Shown: positions 9,338-20,076, numbered from the stretch's first letter. The stretch: DNA of 63,278 nucleotides from Deinococcota bacterium (GCA_041695225.1 JBGFRI010000018.1:1-63278); one strand, 5' to 3'. Notes: generated from the letters alone by a model not told the origin. A program made the numbers and translations.

Positions 9338-10096
9338 TTAGTCACCTGCCACCGCCAGGTCCTTAACCCATTCATAGCCCTGCTCTTCGAGCTTGAGAGC
9401 CAGCTCGGGGCCCCCTGAAGTAACAATGCGGCCGTCAATCATCACATGAACCGCATCGGGGGCGATGTAGTTGAGTATGCGCTGATAATGGGTGATCAGT
9501 AGTGCGCCAAAGTTTGGGCCGCGCATGGCGTTAACCCCCTGGGCCACCACCTTCAAAGCGTCGATATCGAGGCCGGAGTCGGTCTCATCCATGATGGCAT
9601 AGGTAGGCTCGAGCACCATCATGTGCATGATCTCGTTGCGCTTTTTCTCGCCGCCCGAAAAGCCGTGGTTCAAATAGCGGGTCAGGATGCTCTCGTCCCA
9701 CTCGAGGGTAGCCAGAGCCTTTTGCAGTTTGCCGTAAAACTCCATCATGCTTACTTCCTCGCCCCTCTTGGCCTGCAGGGCCAGGCGCAGAAAGTTGGCG
9801 TTGGACACCCCCGGCACCTCCACCGGATACTGGAAGGCCATGAACAGCCCCTTGCGGGCCCGCTCGTCGGCCTCCATCATCAGGATGCTCTCGCCATCCA
9901 TCAGGATGTCGCCCCTGGTAACCTCGTAGCTAGGGTCGCCGGCGATCACCTTGCCCAGGGTACTTTTACCCGCACCGTTTGGCCCCATGATGGCATGCAC
10001 CTGACCCTTGGGCAGGACCAGATTGACACCATTCAAGATGGCTTCTCCATCAACAATTTTTGCGTGTAGATTGCGAATTTCCAGCTGGTTCACCAT
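9338..10096 (-). CDS. sufC: Fe-S cluster assembly ATPase SufC
   Basis: GPNGAGKST, FQYPVEVPGV, FSGGEKKRNE, DETDSGLD. Confidence 0.97.
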   Translation of the reverse strand: MVNQLEIRNLHAKIVDGEAILNGVNLVLPKGQVHAIMGPNGAGKSTLGKVIAGDPSYEVTRGDILMDGESILMMEADERARKGLFMAFQYPVEVPGVSNANFLRLALQAKRGEEVSMMEFYGKLQKALATLEWDESILTRYLNHGFSGGEKKRNEIMHMMVLEPTYAIMDETDSGLDIDALKVVAQGVNAMRGPNFGALLITHYQRILNYIAPDAVHVMIDGRIVTSGGPELALKLEEQGYEWVKDLAVAGD

Positions 10097-10145
10097 ACTT
10101 CTCCCTTTCTATAGCAGTTGTGCAGCGTAGCAGGAGAGCCTCGGC

Positions 10146-10168
10146 TTACTGCGAATGGCTCGCAATAA
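10146..10168. promoter_or_regulatory. Palindromic operator candidate upstream of the suf operon
   Basis: TTACTGCGA-ATGGC-TCGCAATAA, an 8/9 inverted repeat 50 nt upstream of sufC. Confidence 0.5.
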
Positions 10169-10272
10169 GATTATGCCCTATCGTTCTAAACATATAGTAA
10201 TTTGGTCGGGATTCTGAACATCTAGCTCACAAACTGGCCTCGAGGCGCAGGGCCTTACACAAACTACCATTA

Positions 10273-11088
10273 TTACCCAATTCTACGCTGCAACCCTGCG
10301 CTCTGCACAATATTGGTAGCTATTTCCTCGATAGATGCAGCGGTAGTGTCAAAATATCGCAGGCCCACGTGCTTAAACAGCATCTCGGCACGCCGCACCT
10401 CATACTCGCACTGCTCCAGTGAAGCATACCTGCTGTTGGGCTTGCGCTGAGTACGGATCTGGTGCAGCCGAATGGGATTAATGGTCAGGCCAAAGATTTT
10501 GTCCTGGTATGGTTTGACCGGCTCGGGCAGGGTATCACGTTCGAAATCTTCCTCGGCTAGCGGATAATTAGAGGCGCGCAGTCCGTACTGAAGCCCCAAA
10601 AAGAGGCAGGTTGGGGTTTTCCCGGCCCGGCTGACCCCAATCAGGATCACATCGGCCATCTGGTAGTGCCGGTCCCCGATCCCATCGTCGGTAGCCAGCA
10701 CAAAATCTACCGCGTCAATGCGGGTAAAGTAGCTGTTGTCGCTTACGCTATGGAGTCGCCCCACCCGGCCCGTGGGGGGCTGTCCCAGCTCGTGTTCCAG
10801 CTCTCCTAAGTAGGTGCGAAACAGGTCAAAGTGCAGGGCCGGGGCGGTTTTGAGCTGGTCGTTTAGCGTCGGATTGGCCAGGGTCGAAAACACAATGGGG
10901 CGCTGCTGCTCGCGCTCATAGGTCGAGTGGATCTCGTAGACCAGATCGTACACCTCCTCCTCGGTATCAGAAAACGGCCGAGTGATATAGCGAAAGCGCA
11001 CCGATTCGAACTGGGCCAGCAAGCTCCGCGCAACCGACTCGGCGGTCAAGCCGGTGTGGTCTGAGATGATAAATACCGTTCTTTCCAC
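10273..11088 (-). CDS. ppsR: PEP synthase regulatory protein (kinase/pyrophosphorylase)
   Basis: ISDHTGLTAE, TDDG, GVSRAGKTP, SIEEIA; divergent from ppsA. Start GTG 11088 or TTG 11112. Confidence 0.93.
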   Translation of the reverse strand: MERTVFIISDHTGLTAESVARSLLAQFESVRFRYITRPFSDTEEEVYDLVYEIHSTYEREQQRPIVFSTLANPTLNDQLKTAPALHFDLFRTYLGELEHELGQPPTGRVGRLHSVSDNSYFTRIDAVDFVLATDDGIGDRHYQMADVILIGVSRAGKTPTCLFLGLQYGLRASNYPLAEEDFERDTLPEPVKPYQDKIFGLTINPIRLHQIRTQRKPNSRYASLEQCEYEVRRAEMLFKHVGLRYFDTTAASIEEIATNIVQSAGLQRRIG

Positions 11089-11234
11089 ATCACCCTCTAC
11101 AACGAGGTTCAAGAATAGTGTATTTTATGTGTGTATCATCAGCTACACCACCAATTGAACTATATTTACACCACGGTAGACTACTCCACTTTGCCCTCCC
11201 ACCAAACTACCATCAGCTATGACGAGGTACGTGT

Positions 11235-13598
11235 ATGGCCTACATTCGCTGGTTTGAAACGCTGGGCATGAAAGACCTGGAGACTGTCGGGGGGAAGAAC
11301 GCCTCCATTGGGGAGATGATTGCTAACCTGTCTCAGGCTGGGGTGCGGGTTCCCGGGGGCTTCGCTACCACCGCCCAGGCTTTTCGAGAATTCCTACAAC
11401 ACAACCAGCTCTCCGAGCGCATCGCCGCAGCCCTGCAAAAACTAAATACCGATGATGTAGATGAGCTGGCCCGGGTAGGGGCCCAGATTCGCGGCTGGGT
11501 AGAAGAGGGCGAGCTACCCCGGGCCCTAGAGGTAGCCATTGTAGATGCCCTGATCCGCATGCAGTCCGCCAATGGCGGACTTTCTGTTGCGGTGCGCTCG
11601 AGTGCCACTGCCGAAGACCTGCCCGAGGCCAGCTTTGCAGGCCAGCAGGAGACCTTTCTGAACGTGCAGGGCATTGACAACGTGCTGGTACACATCAAGA
11701 AGGTCTTTGCCTCGCTGTATAACGACCGGGCCATAGCCTACCGGGTACACCACGGCTTTGCCCACCACGAGGTGGCCCTTGCGGCCGGAGTGCAGCGCAT
11801 GGCCCGCTCCGACCTGGGGGCTTCGGGGGTGGCATTTACACTGGATACCGAGACAGGATTCCGCGAGGTCATTTTTATTAACTCTACCTTTGGCCTGGGC
11901 GAACTGCTGGTTCAGGGGGCCATCAACCCAGACGAATTCTACGTATACAAAAGGGGCCTGCTCGAGGGGCGCAACACCATTTTGCAACGCACCCTGGGCA
12001 GCAAGCTGCAAAAGATGGTATATGCCCAGGCCGGCAGGGGGGTAGAGGCCGTCGAGACCACAGAGCAGGAGCGCAGCAGTTTTTCGCTAACCGATGTCGA
12101 TGTGCTCGAGCTGGCCCGGCAAGCCCTGCTGATCGAGCAGCACTATGGCCGGCCCATGGACATCGAATGGGCAAAGGATGGGCAGGATGGGCAGATTTAC
12201 ATCCTGCAGGCCCGGCCCGAGACCGTGCAGAGCCGGGCCGGGAGGGTGCTGGAGCGCTTCGAAATGAAGGAGCAGGGCAAAACCCTGGTTAGCGGCCGTG
12301 CGGTGGGGCAGCGTATCGGGGTGGGCACGGTCCGGGTAATCAACCACCCGCACGAGATGAACCGAGTACAAAGCGGCGATGTGCTGGTGGCCGACATGAC
12401 CGACCCCGACTGGGAGCCGGTGATGAAGCGCGCTGCTGCGGTGGTGACCAACCGCGGTGGGCGCACCTGCCACGCCGCCATTATTGCCCGCGAGATGAAC
12501 ATCCCGGCGGTGGTGGGCAGCGGTAATGCAACCCAGATACTACGTGACGGCGAGGTGGTCACGGTCTCGTGCGCCGAGGGTGACACCGGGCGGGTGTATG
12601 CCGGAACCCCGCAGTTTGAGGTCAGGCGGATTGAACTCGACCGGATGCCCGAAATCCCGGTCAAGATCATGATGAACGTGGCCTCACCCGAGCGGGCCTT
12701 CAGCTTTGCCAGCCTGCCCAATGCCGGGGTGGGGCTGGCTCGAGTGGAGTTCATTATCAACAACGTGATCGGGATTCACCCCAGGGCCCTGCTCGACTTC
12801 GAAAAGCTACAGGGCGACCTTAAGGCCCAGATCCAGCAACGCATAGCCGGGTATGCCTCTCCGCAGGCTTTCTTTGAGGAAAAACTGGCCGAGGGCGTCG
12901 CGATGATTGCCGCAGCTTTTGCCCCAAACCCGGTAATTGTGCGGCTGTCGGACTTTAAGTCCAACGAGTACGCGCACCTGCTGGGCGGCAGCCTCTACGA
13001 GCCCAGGGAAGAAAACCCCATGCTGGGCTTACGGGGGGCTTCGCGCTACCGCTCGCCGGAGTTCGCCGAGGCCTTTGCCATGGAGTGCCGGGCCCTGAAA
13101 AAAGTCCGCGACCAGATTGGTCTGACCAACGTCTGGATCATGATCCCTTTCGTCCGCACGGTGGGAGAAGCCCGCAAAGTTATCGAGATACTGGACTCCC
13201 ACGGCCTGAAGCGCGGCCAGAACGGCCTCAGGCTGATCATGATGTGCGAGGTTCCAAGTAACGCCATCCTGGCAGAGCAGTTCCTGGAACTGTTCGATGG
13301 CTTCTCGATTGGCTCAAACGACCTTACCCAGCTCACCCGGGCCCTGGACCGCGACTCGGGCCTGGTGGCCGACCTCTTCGACGAGCAGGACGAGGCGGTA
13401 AAGCATTTGCTCTCCCACGCAATTCAGACCGCAAAGCGGATGGGCAAGTATATCGGCATCTGCGGCCAGGGCCCCTCCGACCACCCCGAGCTGGCCGACT
13501 GGCTGGTCAGGCAGGGCATCGAGAGCATCTCGCTGAACCCCGACAGTGTGTTACAGACCTGGCTTTACCTGGCCGAGCAACAAAAGGCACAGGCCTAG
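11235..13598 (+). CDS. ppsA: Phosphoenolpyruvate synthase
   Basis: [32 protein letters not shown] phospho-His motif, [10 protein letters not shown]. Confidence 0.97.
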   Translation: MAYIRWFETLGMKDLETVGGKNASIGEMIANLSQAGVRVPGGFATTAQAFREFLQHNQLSERIAAALQKLNTDDVDELARVGAQIRGWVEEGELPRALEVAIVDALIRMQSANGGLSVAVRSSATAEDLPEASFAGQQETFLNVQGIDNVLVHIKKVFASLYNDRAIAYRVHHGFAHHEVALAAGVQRMARSDLGASGVAFTLDTETGFREVIFINSTFGLGELLVQGAINPDEFYVYKRGLLEGRNTILQRTLGSKLQKMVYAQAGRGVEAVETTEQERSSFSLTDVDVLELARQALLIEQHYGRPMDIEWAKDGQDGQIYILQARPETVQSRAGRVLERFEMKEQGKTLVSGRAVGQRIGVGTVRVINHPHEMNRVQSGDVLVADMTDPDWEPVMKRAAAVVTNRGGRTCHAAIIAREMNIPAVVGSGNATQILRDGEVVTVSCAEGDTGRVYAGTPQFEVRRIELDRMPEIPVKIMMNVASPERAFSFASLPNAGVGLARVEFIINNVIGIHPRALLDFEKLQGDLKAQIQQRIAGYASPQAFFEEKLAEGVAMIAAAFAPNPVIVRLSDFKSNEYAHLLGGSLYEPREENPMLGLRGASRYRSPEFAEAFAMECRALKKVRDQIGLTNVWIMIPFVRTVGEARKVIEILDSHGLKRGQNGLRLIMMCEVPSNAILAEQFLELFDGFSIGSNDLTQLTRALDRDSGLVADLFDEQDEAVKHLLSHAIQTAKRMGKYIGICGQGPSDHPELADWLVRQGIESISLNPDSVLQTWLYLAEQQKAQA

Positions 13599-13638
13599 GC
13601 TACTCTGCACTATGCTGTAGAGGGCGTTCGGAAAATTT

Positions 13639-13749
13639 CCTCTCCCCTTGTGGGAGAGGCGGGGTGAGGGGGTGTGAGCGCAGCGAACCACGGCGTCTCT
13701 GGCGTAGTTCAACCCTCACCCCAACCCTCTCCCAAGCTTGGGAGAGGGG
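13639..13749. repeat. REP-like inverted palindromic pair
   Basis: CCTCTCCCCTTGTGGGAGAGGCGGGGTGAGGG ... CCCTCACCCCAACCCTCTCCCAAGCTTGGGAGAGGG between convergent ppsA and gpsA. Confidence 0.75.
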
Positions 13750-13921
13750 GCCCCGAGTGAGCTGTTGCTTCAGATCCCGTGTTCATCGAAATTCTCCTGA
13801 GAATGTGAGTAGCCTGGCAATTTCCGAAGATCCTCTTAGCGCGATAGTGGGTCACGAAGTAGCGGGGATTTCACCGGCTGTAGGCGAGGCTGGGCGCAAG
13901 GTTTGTGAAGAACGCCAGAGG

Positions 13922-14971
13922 CTACTCCGGCTTGGCTTCCCGCTCCATCAGGCGGGAAAGCTCTTGGCGTGGGTCGGCTTCCTCGTATACCACCCGGTAG
14001 ACCGCCTCGGTGATGGGCAGGTCGGCCCCGGTCTCCTGGTCCCAGGCGTGCAGGGCTTTTACCGTGTAGATGCCCTCTACTACTTTTTTCTGGGCCTGTA
14101 GCTGGGCCAGGGTCTCGCCCCTAACGATGCGCTCCCCGGCGCCGCGGTTGCGCGAGTAGGGGCTGCTGGCGGTTGCAATAAGGTCGCCCAGGCCCGAAAG
14201 GCCCACAAAGGTGGCTTCCTGTGCGCCCTGGGCCACCCCAAACTTGATAATCTCGCGCAGGCCACGGGTTATGAGTGAGGCTTTGGCATTGTCGCCCAGC
14301 TTCAGGCCATCTACCATGCCCGCGGCCAGGGCGATCACGTTTTTGAGCGCCCCGCCTAGTTCCACCCCCACCAGGTCGGCAGAGGTATAGACCCGGTAGC
14401 TGGGCCCCGAGAAGACCTGCTGCACCTGCTGGGCAAACTGGGGGTCGTGGGCCGCAACCACTGCTGCTGCGGGCAAAAAGCGGGCAATTTCTTCGGCCAG
14501 GTTGGGGCCCGAGAGTACGCCAATCTGCGAAACCCCCGTAACCTCCGCCACCACCTGGCTCATGCGTAAGAGGTGATGGTCGCTAAACTGCAAGCCCTTG
14601 CTCACCGAGAGATAGGCCGCTGCCCGGGGTAGCCGGCCCAGGGTTTCCCGGATGGCCTTGGAAGGAACCGCAACCACCGCAAACCTGGCGCCTTGCAGAG
14701 CTTCCTCGGCATCGGCGGTGGGGTACAGGCAGTCGGGGAAAACCGCCCCAGGAAGGTACTCGAGGTTCTGGCGTTCTTGCTTTAGGGAAAGGGCTAGCTC
14801 CCTTCGGCGGGCCCACAAACGCACCGGGATACCCTTGGACGAGACCAGCAAAGCCAGCGCAGTACCCCAGGCCCCGGCCCCGATCACCGCAACCGGGCCG
14901 GGTTCTACCCGCGCCACCTCCTGTGGCTCAGGCTCGGCCAGGGGTGTAGATGGGGGTATGACCATTCCCAA
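13922..14971 (-). CDS. gpsA: NAD(P)H-dependent glycerol-3-phosphate dehydrogenase
   Basis: GAGAWGTALA, LSGPNLA, GALKNVIA, GLGDL, SRNR. Confidence 0.96.
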   Translation of the reverse strand: MGMVIPPSTPLAEPEPQEVARVEPGPVAVIGAGAWGTALALLVSSKGIPVRLWARRRELALSLKQERQNLEYLPGAVFPDCLYPTADAEEALQGARFAVVAVPSKAIRETLGRLPRAAAYLSVSKGLQFSDHHLLRMSQVVAEVTGVSQIGVLSGPNLAEEIARFLPAAAVVAAHDPQFAQQVQQVFSGPSYRVYTSADLVGVELGGALKNVIALAAGMVDGLKLGDNAKASLITRGLREIIKFGVAQGAQEATFVGLSGLGDLIATASSPYSRNRGAGERIVRGETLAQLQAQKKVVEGIYTVKALHAWDQETGADLPITEAVYRVVYEEADPRQELSRLMEREAKPE

Positions 14972-14984
14972 ACACCGCCCAGAG

Positions 14985-16061
14985 CTACGGCCGCATGAGG
15001 GTCAAGAGCGAGAAGGACTCGTACCAGGCCCCAATTAGCAGGAAAAACGCCCCCAGATAAACGGTCAGGGCCAGAGCCCGCAGCCCAGCCCGGTAACCCT
15101 CGCCCCGCAGGGTCTTGAGCATCAACACCATGCCGCCAAAAGTAGCCAGAATATAGGCTTGCAGCTCCACCACCATGGTGGGAACGTGCAGCAGATAATT
15201 GACGACCGGAAAGGCCACCGGGCTCAGAGCAAAACCCAGCAGAAAGTAGCGCACGGCGTTGAACAACAGGGCCGGAATACCCAACAAGAGCCCCGGCAAG
15301 GCCGTGGTCAGAACCAGGCCGTTGAGTAAGTTCCAGTAGAAAATCACCACCGCCAGGCCCAGGACCCCCCCTCCAAACGCGGCGCCTATCCCGATCTGCT
15401 CGAGGGTACCTCGCACCATCTCCTGCACCAGCCGTACCAGCTCGGGGTTGGCGTAGGCCACCAACCCGCCCAGGGCAAACAGGCCATAAAGGCCGATATT
15501 CATCCCCAGGTATAGGCGAAAGTACTGCCGCACCAGGGCCCAACCCTCGCGCCACCAGCGGGCCAGTGGGTTGTTGCCCAACAGGGCTATCATCCAGGCC
15601 AGTGAGAAAGCCACAAAAACTGCCCCGGCCAGCGGACTGAGAATCCAGGCGGGCAGCAGCCCACCCTCCGGCACAAATCCAATACGGACTACCTGGCCAT
15701 CGCGGATGGTCACCCGCACGTCGCCGCCGCGCCCCCCAACAGTGGCGGGAAATTTGACCACCGTTCCCACCGGGGTCAGCTCTTCTCGGGGCTGGTCGAG
15801 GTTGACCGAGAGGTTGCGTGGTGGAGGGGCAAAAGCCAGGCTGCGCTCGAGTATCCGCACCGCCTCCTCGGTGGGCTTGCCTATGGCCTGCCCGGGGTCA
15901 ACCGCGAATTTGCCGGCTTTCCAGTCCAGCACGGCCTGACGGGCCATCGCGGCATTTTCCTGAGCAAAGGTTACACTGACCAGTGAAAAAACCAGGGTGA
16001 CCAGCAAAGCCAGGGCCAGGCGACTGGTTGGCAGTAGTTTGTGACCGGGTAGAACGCTCAT
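14985..16061 (-). CDS. Membrane protein with N-terminal exported domain and SpoIIM-like membrane domain
   Basis: Signal peptide (TFA-Q), soluble segment, then multiple TM helices including IFYWN and HVPTMVVELQAY. Confidence 0.65.
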   Translation of the reverse strand: MSVLPGHKLLPTSRLALALLVTLVFSLVSVTFAQENAAMARQAVLDWKAGKFAVDPGQAIGKPTEEAVRILERSLAFAPPPRNLSVNLDQPREELTPVGTVVKFPATVGGRGGDVRVTIRDGQVVRIGFVPEGGLLPAWILSPLAGAVFVAFSLAWMIALLGNNPLARWWREGWALVRQYFRLYLGMNIGLYGLFALGGLVAYANPELVRLVQEMVRGTLEQIGIGAAFGGGVLGLAVVIFYWNLLNGLVLTTALPGLLLGIPALLFNAVRYFLLGFALSPVAFPVVNYLLHVPTMVVELQAYILATFGGMVLMLKTLRGEGYRAGLRALALTVYLGAFFLLIGAWYESFSLLTLMRP

Positions 16062-16086
16062 ACTCTAACAGACTACCTGTTTCGCT

Positions 16087-16638
16087 CTAAACTTCCTGTA
16101 AGGGTATGCCCCGTTGGCACAACGGGCAGGAATCCGGCGCATAGGTGGGAAAGTCAAGCTTCAACAGCGAACGAAACGGTACGCCAAACTCGCTACGGCC
16201 CGCGCTCCGGTCTACAACTGCCCCCACTGCAGCACACCGGCCTCCCCTGGCCTCGGCAGCCTGTATGGCTTTTTGCACCGAGCTGCCGGTAGTTACCACA
16301 TCCTCCACCGCCAGGAAGCGCTCACCCGGGCGAATGGTAAGACCCTCGCGAACGACCATTCCCCCGCTGCCATCCTTCTCGGCAAACAGCGCCCGCACCC
16401 CCAGGGCTTTGGCGGTCACGAAAGCCAGCACCACCCCCCCCATTGCCGGGCCAATCACAAACTGGATATCCAGTTCCTCAAATAGCTCGCCCAGAGCCTG
16501 CCCCACCGCCTCGGCATAAAGAGGGTGTTGCAGCAGCGTGGTTGACTGCAAAAACTTGGGGCTGTGCCGGCCTGAGCGCAACAAAAAATGCCCTTCCAGC
16601 AAGGCCCCGGTTTCTTGGTAGAGGTTGAGGATGTCCAC
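16087..16638 (-). CDS. pyrE: Orotate phosphoribosyltransferase
   Basis: GHFLLRSGRHS, PRPP motif VEDVVTTGSS; GTG start 16638 preceded by TAGGAT. Confidence 0.95.
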   Translation of the reverse strand: MDILNLYQETGALLEGHFLLRSGRHSPKFLQSTTLLQHPLYAEAVGQALGELFEELDIQFVIGPAMGGVVLAFVTAKALGVRALFAEKDGSGGMVVREGLTIRPGERFLAVEDVVTTGSSVQKAIQAAEARGGRCAAVGAVVDRSAGRSEFGVPFRSLLKLDFPTYAPDSCPLCQRGIPLQEV

Positions 16639-16716
16639 AAAATCAATCCTACTCGAATTTGCTCGAGCGCCATCCAGCCTGGTGAGCACTTTACTGACTG
16701 CTAAAGTCCGGCGTGG

Positions 16717-17796
16717 CTATTCAAACAACCCCGCCTGCACCGCTCTTCCCGGAACCCGAAAGTGCTCGGTGGTCAGCTTGCGCCCTGGCCGGGGCAAGCC
16801 GGCTTGTTTGCAGGCCGCTTTGTGCAGTTGGGCAATTTGTTCGGCAAAAATACCCTCGCCGGTCATGCGGTAGCCAAAACGGGGATCGTTTAGGCGACCA
16901 CCACGCAAAGCCTTGATGCGGCTCACTACTTTGTTCTTGCGCTCGGGGTAGTGACGCTCGAGCCATTCTAAAAACAAATCCTTCACCCCATAGGGCAGGT
17001 GCACGATGTTAAAACCCACCCAACCAGCCCCGGCATCGGCAGCTGCCTGCACCAGCTTTGGAATCTCGTGGTCGGTCAGGCCGGGGATGACTGGCGCGGT
17101 CATCACCCCAACCGGGATGCCCGCGCTGGCCAGCATTTCCACCGCTTTCAGGCGGCGCCCGGGCGCCGAGGTGCGGGGCTCCATCAGGCTGCGGAGTTTT
17201 TCGTCCAGGGTGGTGATGGAAAGGGCCACCGAAACACAGTCCCAGGCGGCCAGTTCCCTGAGCAGGTCAATATCGCGGGTCACGAGATAGTTTTTGGTAA
17301 TCAGGCTAACCGGGTTGCGAAAGTCCAGAAACACCTCCAGGCACCGCCGGGTGAGTTCAAACTGCCGCTCGGCGGGCTGGTAGATGTCGGTCACACCGCT
17401 AAACATTACGATCTGGGGCTTCCACCTCCTGCGGGCCAGCTCGTTACGCAGCAACTGGGGCGCATCCAGTTTGACCATAATCCGACTCTCGAAGTCCAGC
17501 CCGGCCGAAAAACCCAGGTATTCGTGGGTGGGGCGGGCGTAGCAGTAGGCGCACCCATGAGAGCAGCCCCGGTAGGGGTTCACCGAAGCGCTCAGGCCGA
17601 TGTCCGGCGAGTCGTTGTAGGTGATGAGCGAGCGGGATTTGTCGCGGAAATACAGCGTATCCGTTTTCAAGTCCACCGGCTCAAAATACTCGTCCAGGGG
17701 GTCGAACGAAACCTGCACCCGCTCGAAGCGGTTGCCCGGGTTGGTTGCTGCTCCGCGCCCAACGATGCCCAGGTGGGTTTTGGAACCGGACTGCAT
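16717..17796 (-). CDS. PA0069/Rv2578c-type radical SAM protein (SplB-like, DNA repair-associated)
   Basis: NPYRGCSHGCAYCYARP CxxxCxxC motif, TDIYQPAE, EPRT, APVIPGL. Confidence 0.9.
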   Translation of the reverse strand: MQSGSKTHLGIVGRGAATNPGNRFERVQVSFDPLDEYFEPVDLKTDTLYFRDKSRSLITYNDSPDIGLSASVNPYRGCSHGCAYCYARPTHEYLGFSAGLDFESRIMVKLDAPQLLRNELARRRWKPQIVMFSGVTDIYQPAERQFELTRRCLEVFLDFRNPVSLITKNYLVTRDIDLLRELAAWDCVSVALSITTLDEKLRSLMEPRTSAPGRRLKAVEMLASAGIPVGVMTAPVIPGLTDHEIPKLVQAAADAGAGWVGFNIVHLPYGVKDLFLEWLERHYPERKNKVVSRIKALRGGRLNDPRFGYRMTGEGIFAEQIAQLHKAACKQAGLPRPGRKLTTEHFRVPGRAVQAGLFE

Positions 17797-17826
17797 GTAA
17801 CGATGTTAGCAGATGTGCGACTAATA

Positions 17827-17843
17827 TTTTGTTATTTACGTAA
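17827..17843. promoter_or_regulatory. RDRM-like (DdrO operator-like) 17-bp palindrome
   Basis: TTTTGTTATTTACGTAA 31 nt upstream of the radical SAM ATG, over the expected -35 region; TAACAT -10 lies 6 nt before the ATG. Confidence 0.65.
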
Positions 17844-18275
17844 TACTTCGAGCTGCACATCGAGTCTACAGGCACAAAAAAGAGGCGGCCGTGGCTGACT
17901 TTGATTCAGCACTTGAGCAACTTTGGGGCATCCTCAGGTCTTACCAGAAAGTGCTGGAGGTCAAGGCCCAAGAGCCAGACTACTAGACTCAACACGCATC
18001 TCTTACGCCAGGATGGCTATCTGGGCTGGTCAGGAAAGCCCTCCATCCGCTACACCTGATGACCTTCGATACCTATCCAGAGCTATTGCGGCGCAATTTG
18101 TCAGAACTAAAGCTAGGGCCATAGGGCAGGTGTTGTTTCAACCTCAAAAGCTGGGTGCGAGGCTGCTGCGAATCCCGATCTAGCGGGGGTTGGGGCCTTC
18201 AAAGAAAGGGGGTTGGTATGACTAAAGACCACCGTATGCTTTGATTATTTCAATCCATCCGGCAAAATAGGCGGC

Positions 18276-19007
18276 ATGTCCCATCTGCTTTATCTGCCCG
18301 GTGAGCCGGCACCACCCGATGCACAGCCGCTGCCCAGGGTTCCCCTGCTGGTCCTGGTGGGCCTGACCGGGGTGGGCAAGACCAGCCTGATCAAACAACT
18401 GAACTTTGCTGCCCTGCCCGACCGGCGGGTACTGGTAGACCGCTACGTTTTCCCCCTCTATGGCTATACTGCTGAGAGCCAGCTCGACCGCAGCCAGCGG
18501 TTTGCCCTCACGCGGCGCTTTCGCCAGGAACACCCCGGAGGGGTAGCGGAAATCCTGGCCGAAAGCCGCGTAGTTCCCACCTGGCCCCTTCTCTTCGACG
18601 GCCTGCGCGGCGAGGACGAGGTGCGCTTCGCACTTAAGCACCTGCCCAGGTGTTACTTCATCGTGCTGGAGGCCCGCGACCTGACCCGCCTCTCGCGCCT
18701 GCTCGAGAGGGGCGACCAGTTCGACAAGGTTCGGGTGGGCTCTACTGACCTCAACACCATACGAGAGCTCGCCAGGGGGGTTTTGAGCGAAAGTGAGCTC
18801 GATGAAGCCCTGGGTTGGAAGGTTTCGACCCAAGACCTTGTAGCCAAGCTCAGAATTGTGGCAGAGGAGCGCAAAAACTACGACCCCGACGGAGCTCGCC
18901 GGGCTCTCGGGGACTCGCCCAGAGCTCTGTTCTTGAACACCGATACGCTCAGCCTTGCTCAGGAAGCGGCTGCCATTCGCAGGTTTTTGGAGCAGATTTA
19001 TGCCTAG
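18276..19007 (+). CDS. P-loop NTPase/kinase-like protein of unknown function
   Basis: LLVLVGLTGVGKT Walker A; LLFDGLRG. Confidence 0.7.
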   Translation: MSHLLYLPGEPAPPDAQPLPRVPLLVLVGLTGVGKTSLIKQLNFAALPDRRVLVDRYVFPLYGYTAESQLDRSQRFALTRRFRQEHPGGVAEILAESRVVPTWPLLFDGLRGEDEVRFALKHLPRCYFIVLEARDLTRLSRLLERGDQFDKVRVGSTDLNTIRELARGVLSESELDEALGWKVSTQDLVAKLRIVAEERKNYDPDGARRALGDSPRALFLNTDTLSLAQEAAAIRRFLEQIYA

Positions 19008-20076
19008 CATCAAGCGCATCACCCCCCGCCCCTTTCGTCTGCCACTAAAGGGCAGCCTGCAATGGGGCAAAGCCTCCGAACTAAAGGCCCTCGAGCACAT
19101 CCTGCTGGAATTAGAGTTGTCCGATGGCTCGGTTGGCCGGGCCGAAATTCCCCCGCGCCCGACCATCTATGGCGAGACCACAGGCACAGTGCTGGCCGCG
19201 CTGGACTACCTAGCCCCACAGTTGCTCGGCCTAGAAGCCGAGGACACCGAGGCCGTGCAGCAGGTGTTACACAACTTTCCCAACAACCTCACCACCAAGG
19301 GCGGGCTGGACATCGCGCTGTGGGAGGCCTGGGCCAGAAGTGAGGGGCAGGAGCTCTGGCAGGTTCTGGAGCCGCACCAGAAGCAGGTCAGGGTGAGCTA
19401 CATCCTGGGTATGGCAAATACGGCAGAGATGCTGGCCGATGCCCGTGCAGTCTACCAGGCCGGGGTACGGGTGCTAAAGGTGAAAATAGGGCGCGACCTG
19501 AGTAGCGACCTGGCCAGCATTACAGCCCTGAGGGAAGAACTTCCCGAGGTGGAGCTTTATGCCGACGCCAACGAGGCCCTGCCAGCTACCGGGGCCGAGA
19601 TGTATTTGCGAATGCTGGCCGAGGCAGGCCTGCTCTATGTGGAAGAACCACTACCAGTTGCCGAGGTGGTTGCCCGCAAAGGGCTGCGCAAGGCTGGCAT
19701 TCTGCCGATCATTGCCGATGATTCGGTCATGACCGCGCGCGACTTGTGGCGTGAGGCGCAGCTCGATACCTACGATATTCTGAACCTCAAGCCAGCCCGC
19801 ACCGGCTATACCCAGAGCCTGGAGATGCTGGCCTTCAACCAGTCCGAAGGCAAGCGGGCCATGGTAGGCTCACAGGCCCTCTCGAGTTTTGGGGCTTACC
19901 AGACCGCCCTGCTGGCTTTCCAGAAAGGCGTGAGCGAACCAAGCGAGCTGGCTTTTCACCTCCGGGCCGAAGGGGGCTTCTGTACCTTTCCACCCCTTAG
20001 CGATGGCTGGTTGCGCTGGGAAGAGTTGACCGGGTGCCGCTTCGATTCCAATGCTTTTGAGCGCTACGCTCTTTAG
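19000..20076 (+). CDS. Enolase-superfamily protein (muconate cycloisomerase/dipeptide epimerase-like)
   Basis: LKVK, ADAN, EEP, ADDS, NLK catalytic and metal residues; start overlaps the upstream gene's stop. Confidence 0.85.
   Translation: MPSIKRITPRPFRLPLKGSLQWGKASELKALEHILLELELSDGSVGRAEIPPRPTIYGETTGTVLAALDYLAPQLLGLEAEDTEAVQQVLHNFPNNLTTKGGLDIALWEAWARSEGQELWQVLEPHQKQVRVSYILGMANTAEMLADARAVYQAGVRVLKVKIGRDLSSDLASITALREELPEVELYADANEALPATGAEMYLRMLAEAGLLYVEEPLPVAEVVARKGLRKAGILPIIADDSVMTARDLWREAQLDTYDILNLKPARTGYTQSLEMLAFNQSEGKRAMVGSQALSSFGAYQTALLAFQKGVSEPSELAFHLRAEGGFCTFPPLSDGWLRWEELTGCRFDSNAFERYAL

Noticed and set aside
17850..18270. 86-aa ORF or ncRNA in the intergenic gap
   Set aside because: No motif, ribosome-binding site or convincing structure recognised.
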